Below are positions 58,284 through 64,000 of a DNA stretch of 64,000 bases, one piece after another. Origin of the DNA: Planctomycetota bacterium (lineage in GTDB: Bacteria; Planctomycetota; Phycisphaerae; FEN-1346); assembly GCA_030602705.1 (NCBI GenBank), contig JAUVZF010000009.1, forward strand, positions 94 through 64,093. The letters are read 5' to 3'. The notes beneath the pieces were generated by a model. The model did not search any database. It was not told the origin of the DNA and saw only the letters and a list, made by a program, of their open reading frames with translations. Position 1 is the first letter of the stretch, and every line of letters starts with the position of its first letter. Both the position numbers and the translations under genes were made by a program.

Positions 58284-58619
58284 ATGCACATGCACAGAAA
58301 GAGGGGCTTTACCCTGATTGAGTTGCTGCTGGTGGTGGTCATCCTCGGACTCCTGGCCGCCGTGGCCATTCCGAGGCTGGCCGCCTCTGGGAGTGATGCG
58401 AAGAAGAACACCTGCAAGTCCAACATCGCGCTCATCAACTCCCAGATCGAACTGTGGTCCGTCAACCATGACGGGGTGTATCCGCCCAACGCGGGCCAGT
58501 TCAACACCAACATCATGAACAATACGGATATCTTCCCCGACGGCCCGCCCGTCTGTGGTTACGGCACCGCCTACACCTACGACACGAGCACCAAACGCGT
58601 CGAGCCGCACAGCCACTAA
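58284..58619 (+). CDS. major pseudopilin/pilin, copy 3
   Basis: ~92% identical to copy 1. Substitutions cluster in YP(A/P)(D/N)A(T/G)(E/Q)F(N/G)(A/T)NI(L/M). Confidence 0.85.
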   Translation: MHMHRKRGFTLIELLLVVVILGLLAAVAIPRLAASGSDAKKNTCKSNIALINSQIELWSVNHDGVYPPNAGQFNTNIMNNTDIFPDGPPVCGYGTAYTYDTSTKRVEPHSH

Positions 58620-58752
58620 CCGCGCGCGGGCGCGGCTGGCGGACCAGGCAAGACGGATGACCGCGTCTGACGGGTCGAATCAGGTGCCGGAGGAAAGATC
58701 GGTGTGCGGAATGTACGGCCGTCGTGAGAGCGTCGCGGACAGTGTGAGCAGG

Positions 58753-59238
58753 ATGGCGCGGGCGCGCTGGCGCTGGCGGCGTGCTCCGGCCGGCGTCACG
58801 CTCATTGAGTTGCTGGCGGTGGTCGTGATGCTCGGCCTGCTGGCGGCGGTTGCGCTGCCCCGGCTGGCCGGGGCCAACCTCTGGATGGCCGAGGGAGAGG
58901 CCGCCGCCTGCAAGTGTGCCGCCACGCTCCGCCTGGCACGGCGTATGGCCGTCGAGAACGCCCCTGACAATCCGCTGGGGTACATGGTCGTGTGTACGCA
59001 AGGGTCGTACCGGATCGTTGACCCCAAGGCGCCGGAGGCCGGCGAGGTGATCGCGCTGGCCGACGGGTGGCAGTTTGACAGGAGCGACTACGTGGTGCTG
59101 CTCGACCCATACGGCGGCGCCCGGCCGGCAGTGGGGCTGCCGGACGAACTTGTCATCCGCAAGGGTACCTACAGGTGGATTATCCACCTCGAGCCGGCCA
59201 CCGGGTACGTGTGGTACGAGCAGGGCGAGGAAAGTTAG
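58753..59238 (+). CDS. minor pseudopilin (GspH-like)
   Basis: RRAPAG|VTLIELLAVVVMLGLLAA. Confidence 0.65.
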   Translation: MARARWRWRRAPAGVTLIELLAVVVMLGLLAAVALPRLAGANLWMAEGEAAACKCAATLRLARRMAVENAPDNPLGYMVVCTQGSYRIVDPKAPEAGEVIALADGWQFDRSDYVVLLDPYGGARPAVGLPDELVIRKGTYRWIIHLEPATGYVWYEQGEES

Positions 59239-59637
59239 GTGCGCTACGCAAGGCGACATCACAGGGGCCTGACCCTGCTGGAACTGCTGCTGGCGGCGGC
59301 ACTGCTGGCCGCGTGCGCCGTGCCGATCGTCGAGGGCACGACCTATGCCCTGGACCTCGCGTATCAAATCGAAACGCGAACACGGGCCACGCTGCTCGCG
59401 CAGCAGGAGATGGAGGCCGCCATGGCCATCGCAGCCGAGGACTTCGACCGGAGCCTCTGGAAGGACTCCGAGGACCTGGGCGACGCCTTCCTCGTCACGA
59501 TCTCGGGCATCCGCGCCGACCTGCGCAAGACCTTTACCGTCGAGGTCGGCCGCGATGCGAACCGCAACGCCCAACTCGACGCCGACGAAGTCCTCGTCGC
59601 GTTTGTGACGCGCGTTGCGGACATGACGACCTACTAG
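59239..59637 (+). CDS. minor pseudopilin (GspI-like)
   Basis: HRG|LTLLELLLAAALLA. 132 aa. Confidence 0.65.
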   Translation: MRYARRHHRGLTLLELLLAAALLAACAVPIVEGTTYALDLAYQIETRTRATLLAQQEMEAAMAIAAEDFDRSLWKDSEDLGDAFLVTISGIRADLRKTFTVEVGRDANRNAQLDADEVLVAFVTRVADMTTY

Positions 59638-59641
59638 CAAG

Positions 59642-61126
59642 GTGGTGGTAACCGTGGTGACGGACACGACGGCCCGAACGCGGCATGGCCGGCGCGGGTG
59701 GACGTTGCTTGAGTGTCTGCTCGTGGTGGCCATTATGGCGATGGTCTTCGCGGCGACCGTGCCGCTCCTGCGTTCCGAGACGATGGCGCTGGATACGGCC
59801 CGGCCGATGATCCTCAAGGCCCAGGAGACCCGGTACGCCCTGGCCCGCGTGGCGGCGGCCCTGCGGCAGGCGCGGGCCGTGACCCAGGTCACCGACGGTG
59901 GAGGGCCCGCTGCTTCAATGACGTTCCTTGCCGGCGACGGCACGCTGACGACGTTCCAGCGAGACGCCGCCTCAGACGAAGTGCGGTACGGCGCGACCGG
60001 GTCGGAGGCCGTCCTCGCGAAGAACTGCACCGGCCTGGCGATCACCTGTTTCGCCGCCGACGGGCAGGTGCTTCCACCGGTGCCTATGAGCCTCGCAAAG
60101 ACCGCCGGTGTCTCTATCGCCATGACGGTCGTGGACCCGCACGGCAAGAGTGGGCCGACGACCGTGGCGACCCTGGCCGCCCTTGCTCGCACCAGGCCCA
60201 CCGTCCTCATCAACGAGATCATGTACAAGCCGCCTGGCAGTTACGGCGCCAAGGACAAACACCAGTGGGTCGAACTCCACAACCCGACCCCCGACGCCAT
60301 CGACGTGCGGGACTGGCTTCTCTGGACCAAGGACCAGAACGACCCCGATGTCATCGGCCCGGACGCCTACCACGGTACCGGCACGACGGTCATCCCGCCC
60401 GGCGGCTACGCCGTTATCACCGACAAGGACACCAACCTCTACAACGAGGTCCTCGAGAACGGCGATTTCGAGAGTGGCAACATGGGCGATTGGCACTTCT
60501 CCTCGGGCGACTGGTCGCGCGATTTCGGCAGTGCCGCTTCCCGCGACTACAAGGTCACGCTGGAGGGCATTGGTTGGACCACGATGTACCAGGATTTCAA
60601 GATTCCCGCCGGCGCCGACGGCGACGTGCGGCTGACGGTGCGGGAACGGTACAATCCGAGTTTCGACAGGCCGAGTGTCAGAATCCGCATCACGAATCGC
60701 AGCGGCGGTGTCTTACTTACCGTCTACGACGGCAACTGCCACTCCCACTCTGACTGGACGGCACACTCCGCCGACCTGACGGTCTTCAAGGGCGTGGACG
60801 CGCGGCTCGAAATCAGCGGCTATCGGAGCAATTACTTCAGAAGTTACGTGCATGTCGATGCCGCCACGATCAACTGGGGGCCCGTCTCGTGGAACTGCGT
60901 TCGGCTTCAGGTGGACGACAACGAGATCGGCAAAAACCTCGAGGACAAGCAGGTCTTCCTCGGCGAAGGCAACGGCCTGCATGACGCCGTCGTTTTTGAG
61001 AAACAGTGGGGCGGCGATGACGACGGATGTTCCCTCAGCCGCACGAGCCCCTTCGACCCCGCGACGGAAGAGGAGTCCTGGGGTCCGGCGGCCGACGGAG
61101 GAACGCCCGGAGAGCCGAACTCATGA
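59642..61126 (+). CDS. large prepilin-like protein (GspJ position) with C-terminal lamin-tail-domain (LTD)-like module
   Basis: RRG|WTLLECLLVVAI. LINEIMYKPPG...HQWVELHNPTPDAIDVRDWLLW, an LTD-type motif. Confidence 0.7.
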   Translation: MVVTVVTDTTARTRHGRRGWTLLECLLVVAIMAMVFAATVPLLRSETMALDTARPMILKAQETRYALARVAAALRQARAVTQVTDGGGPAASMTFLAGDGTLTTFQRDAASDEVRYGATGSEAVLAKNCTGLAITCFAADGQVLPPVPMSLAKTAGVSIAMTVVDPHGKSGPTTVATLAALARTRPTVLINEIMYKPPGSYGAKDKHQWVELHNPTPDAIDVRDWLLWTKDQNDPDVIGPDAYHGTGTTVIPPGGYAVITDKDTNLYNEVLENGDFESGNMGDWHFSSGDWSRDFGSAASRDYKVTLEGIGWTTMYQDFKIPAGADGDVRLTVRERYNPSFDRPSVRIRITNRSGGVLLTVYDGNCHSHSDWTAHSADLTVFKGVDARLEISGYRSNYFRSYVHVDAATINWGPVSWNCVRLQVDDNEIGKNLEDKQVFLGEGNGLHDAVVFEKQWGGDDDGCSLSRTSPFDPATEEESWGPAADGGTPGEPNS

Positions 61127-61689
61127 GCGGTTATTCTGCACGAAATCCGGGGCGGACGAGGGGGTCCGAGGAGAACTGCTTCGCGTGTGAGCGCGGCCCG
61201 TACGGGCCGCGACAGTCGCGTCGAAGACGCGGTGGTTGCGGAGAACCACCGCGCAACACTCAGGTCGCGCCCCTTAGCAGACGCGGCGTTGCCCTGGTCC
61301 TCGTGATCTTTGCCATCGCCTTTATCACGGTCCTGGCCGTGGCGATGCTCGACGAGGCGACCCTCGACCTGGCGATCCTGCGGAACCACACCAGCGGTCT
61401 GAGGGCCCTCTACGCCGCCAACGCCGGCATCTCGGAGGCCATCGTCGCGCTGCGCGAAGAGTACGACACCACCAACACCGTCGCGGGGACACTGACGCTG
61501 CCGGGCGGCTCGACCGCCACCTTCTCGGCCGAGATCGACAACGACAAGCCGGTCGTGACGGTCACGTCAACGGGCCAGGCCGACGGGTTCACACGCCAGA
61601 TGACGGCCCGGCTTGTCGTCGGGCAGCCCGACGCCTGTGAGGAGCCGTATCCGGTCCGCGTCGTCTGGTGGCGCGAGGCAGCGGAGTGA
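61123..61689 (+). CDS. minor pseudopilin (GspK-like; start uncertain)
   Basis: RRGVALVLVIFAIAFITVLAVAML. A GGCCCGTACGGGCC palindrome lies within the putative 5' end. Confidence 0.55.
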   Translation: MSGYSARNPGRTRGSEENCFACERGPYGPRQSRRRRGGCGEPPRNTQVAPLSRRGVALVLVIFAIAFITVLAVAMLDEATLDLAILRNHTSGLRALYAANAGISEAIVALREEYDTTNTVAGTLTLPGGSTATFSAEIDNDKPVVTVTSTGQADGFTRQMTARLVVGQPDACEEPYPVRVVWWREAAE

Positions 61690-61733
61690 GAGCGTAACTC
61701 GCACGAGCAAGGATTCGCCTAAGGAGAGGCTGA

Positions 61734-63251
61734 ATGGCGGTACGGACGGCAGTTGGCATCACGTTGGACGCCGGCACCCTCCACGCCGTTGAATTGGCGA
61801 CCGACGGCGAGGCCGTGGTGATCCGGCGTGCCGTCTGCGACCAACTCCCGCCGGGGGCGTTCGCCGACGGTGGGCTGACCGACGCGAACGCCGTGGCGGA
61901 GACCGTCCGGCAGGTCCTGCGTGCCAACCACATGCCCCGCCGCAACCTCTGTGTGGCCCTCGGCGGGAAACTGGCCATTGCACGCGTCATCGAAGCCAGC
62001 GCCTCCGGCGCCGAGGTCCAGCACGTCCTTCAGGAACGCATCAGCCGATACGCCATCTACGAGGACCTCGACGTCCTCTGGAAGGCGACGCCGCTCGAGA
62101 CCGGAGAGGGCGACAAGCGGGCGTTCCTGGCGGCCGCAGTCTCCAGGGACGAAGTCGCCACGCTCCTGCCGGCGCTCAGGCGAGTCGGCGTCCGCGTCTC
62201 GCATGTCGAGCCGTACGCCCTGGCTGCCATCCGTAGCCTGGCCACGTGTGCGGCCGGGCAGGAGCAGCCGACGATCCTGATGATTCTGCGAAACGAGTCT
62301 ACCGATTTCGTGATCGTCAAGGGGTCCTGGCCGCTGTTGGTCCGGTCGGTGGACGAGGGGGCGTGCGAACTGGCCCGCCGCCCGGAGAAGATCGAAGACC
62401 TGCTGATCGAGGCCCGCCGCTCGGTGGACTTCTGCAAGAGCCGCTTCGACGGCGCCCAGCCGCGCCTCTGGGTCAGCGTCGCCGCGTGCGAGGATCCCGT
62501 GGTGGCCAGGGGATTGCTCGCGTGCGTCAAACGGGACGTTGCGGCGGAGGTCGAAGCCTTGCCGGAGTGGCCGGAGGTGACCCCCGGCGCCAGCGTGGAC
62601 GAGTACGGCCGCCAGTCCTGGGCCGCCATCGGCGCCGCCATGATTGCCCTGGGCCGCGACGAAATCACGCCGCACCTGAACCTGGTGCCCGACGAGTGGC
62701 CGGCCGTCGAGACGGTTCAGAAGCAACTGATGGGCTTGGCCGCCTCAGTGGTCGCGGCGGTCGTTGCGATGGTGATCGCGTCGATGATGATCCGGATGAG
62801 CGCGGGGGATGTGGCCAAAGCGGCTCAGGCGGCCTCCGTTCGGATGCAGGCCCACACAGTCAGCGTTAGGGCCGCCTCGGAACTGAAGCGGCAAGCGGCG
62901 GAGGCGGCGGCACGCGTCAAACTCTGGAAAGACGTCCGGGCCACGATACGGCCGACGGACTGGACGGCCGCCCTCGAGGCCATCACCGGGCAGATTCCCG
63001 AGGGCGTCCGCGTCCGAGAGATCACCTGCCGGCGCGGCGTGCTTCGCCTCGCCGGGGAAACCCAGGTCACGGACCTGGTGCACCAGGTGGTCGAGCGGCT
63101 GAATCGGCTGCCCTGTCTCGAAGAGGCCAGCATCGAGCGGCTGGTTCGGGCCGCGGGCCTCGATGCTCAGTTGCCGGAATACGTCATCACCTGCCGGTTG
63201 CGCGAGCAGCAACCCGCGCAGCCGGAGAAGGATAAGAAGGATGCTCGTTGA
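61734..63251 (+). CDS. GspL-like / PilM-PilN fusion (actin-like cytoplasmic domain + TM + periplasmic domain)
   Basis: ASKBHA-type N-terminal half. TM helix AASVVAAVVAMVIASMMI. Confidence 0.7.
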   Translation: MAVRTAVGITLDAGTLHAVELATDGEAVVIRRAVCDQLPPGAFADGGLTDANAVAETVRQVLRANHMPRRNLCVALGGKLAIARVIEASASGAEVQHVLQERISRYAIYEDLDVLWKATPLETGEGDKRAFLAAAVSRDEVATLLPALRRVGVRVSHVEPYALAAIRSLATCAAGQEQPTILMILRNESTDFVIVKGSWPLLVRSVDEGACELARRPEKIEDLLIEARRSVDFCKSRFDGAQPRLWVSVAACEDPVVARGLLACVKRDVAAEVEALPEWPEVTPGASVDEYGRQSWAAIGAAMIALGRDEITPHLNLVPDEWPAVETVQKQLMGLAASVVAAVVAMVIASMMIRMSAGDVAKAAQAASVRMQAHTVSVRAASELKRQAAEAAARVKLWKDVRATIRPTDWTAALEAITGQIPEGVRVREITCRRGVLRLAGETQVTDLVHQVVERLNRLPCLEEASIERLVRAAGLDAQLPEYVITCRLREQQPAQPEKDKKDAR

Positions 63252-63825
63252 ATTCCTGGTTAAACGGGCGGTCCGTGAGCGGTATGCTCTGGGCGCAGCC
63301 ATTGTCGTGCTTGCCATCGTGGGCTGCTACACCGCGGGGATCCGCCCCGCGATGGACGCCGCAGAGGGGCACGAGGGGAACCTTCGGACAACCGAGAAGG
63401 TGCTCATGCTTCAGCAACGCCAACTGAACCTGCTGCAGGCCGAAACCAAAGCCAGCCAGAAGATGCTGGATCAGCTCAAGGACTTGCCGTGTCCGTGGGT
63501 GCAGGCCGACAAGGCCGACGTCGTCCTCCAGGAACTCCAGAAGGAGGCCGAGGCCCTTGGCTTGTCGGTCCGCTCGGTTGTTCGCGAGTCGCTCACCGGG
63601 ATGCGTCTGAAAGACGCGCCGCGGCCGGTGTCGCGGCTGCTGGTCCGTCTGGAACTCGACGGACCGTATGCGAGTGTCATGGAGATGTTCCGCCGCCTCA
63701 GCAAGGGCGACCTTGCCGTCGGGTTAGAGGAACTCTCACTCAAGGGAAACGACGAGCCGCCGTTCGACGTGAAGGTCGTGCTCCGCTTGCGGATGCCCGT
63801 CGTGGAAGGGGACGATCATGATTAG
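63241..63825 (+). CDS. GspM/PilO-like inner-membrane assembly protein
   Basis: Single N-terminal TM helix then a coiled coil. Overlaps the upstream gene. Confidence 0.6.
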   Translation: MLVEFLVKRAVRERYALGAAIVVLAIVGCYTAGIRPAMDAAEGHEGNLRTTEKVLMLQQRQLNLLQAETKASQKMLDQLKDLPCPWVQADKADVVLQELQKEAEALGLSVRSVVRESLTGMRLKDAPRPVSRLLVRLELDGPYASVMEMFRRLSKGDLAVGLEELSLKGNDEPPFDVKVVLRLRMPVVEGDDHD

Positions 63826-64000
63826 GATGCTGATGGCAACCCTCCTGGCCGCGAGCCTGACCGGCGTCGCCGCGGCCGCCGCGAACTCGAAGGATGCTGC
63901 CGACCAATCCGCCGCCGGGACTGCCACGACGAAGGGGGAAGACCGGGGCTGGTTTTCACGCGTCAACCCCTTCTCGCCGTTGATCAACCCGGAGGCGATG
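63818..64000 (+). CDS. secreted protein, 5' partial (candidate next T2SS component, e.g. GspC/N/secretin)
   Basis: Signal MIRMLMATLLAASLTGVAAAAA. Runs off the window. Confidence 0.5.
   Translation, partial: MIRMLMATLLAASLTGVAAAAANSKDAADQSAAGTATTKGEDRGWFSRVNPFSPLINPEAM

Noticed and set aside
54389-60228. Minus-strand ORFs 54389..55600, 55753..57267, 58513..60228 across the T2SS locus
   Set aside because: Antisense to gspE, gspF and the pseudopilin genes, which have unmistakable motifs.

Overview
The window is high-GC (~68%) bacterial chromosome with the hallmarks of Planctomycetota: PEP-CTERM proteins, H-X9-DG (DUF1559-type) proteins, HzsA-like beta-propeller haem proteins, and a T2SS-like pilus locus. 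Every gene call rests on reading the six-frame track and raw sequence directly; no database search was possible. Most minus- and plus-strand ORFs that lie antisense to long genes are high-GC artefacts. The track also writes TTG/GTG starts as M.

Gene content, in order:
- A B12-binding-domain protein plus an opine-dehydrogenase-family gene (1..2938).
- Three paralogous secreted proteins with a PD40/TolB-like beta-propeller and two or three CxxCH haem-c motifs (3500..6817, 31333..33717, 49714..52281). Two of them are immediately followed by unrelated PEP-CTERM proteins, and one pair sits beside a sigma54 NtrC-type regulator.
- An orphan DNA methyltransferase, PBP4 and an MBL-fold hydrolase.
- An IS630 element with 27-bp TIRs and TA duplication; its transposase is split at an A7 run.
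- Two CNNM/CorC transporters, a large secreted protein, and an FAH-family hydrolase.
- A ~1.2 kb low-GC island carrying a single HsdR_N/PD-(D/E)xK nuclease-like gene.
- nadB, a CYTH protein and leuD.
- A glycoside-hydrolase-like beta-propeller gene.
- An alpha/beta hydrolase plus flavodoxin-ferredoxin operon.
- dgkA and thyA-like genes.
- Three tandem DUF4190 / H-X9-DG paralogs.
- An HMGL-like aldolase and a BNR-repeat protein sharing a ~112-bp promoter/leader module.
- A glpD / FGGY kinase / URO-D / RhaT catabolic cluster.
- An HD-GYP protein.
- A canonical-order T2SS-like locus (gspE, gspF, three near-identical tandem major pseudopilins, H-, I-, an LTD-containing J-like, K-, L(PilM-N)- and M(PilO)-like genes).

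The window is unusually rich in small non-autonomous repeats:
- A 153-bp MITE with GTAC termini and clear 8-bp target-site duplications (three copies, one nested in another MITE beside the IS).
- A 77-bp palindromic element, also found in-frame inside a CDS.
- A 110-bp GGGGATAAACCCC element (three copies).
- A 94-bp x5 tandem array.
- A 3'-CDS tandem duplication built on a GACGAATG-type MITE.
- REP-like GGCCCGTACGGGCC hairpins.
- Heptanucleotide microsatellites flanking the CYTH gene.

No tRNA, rRNA or CRISPR was found.
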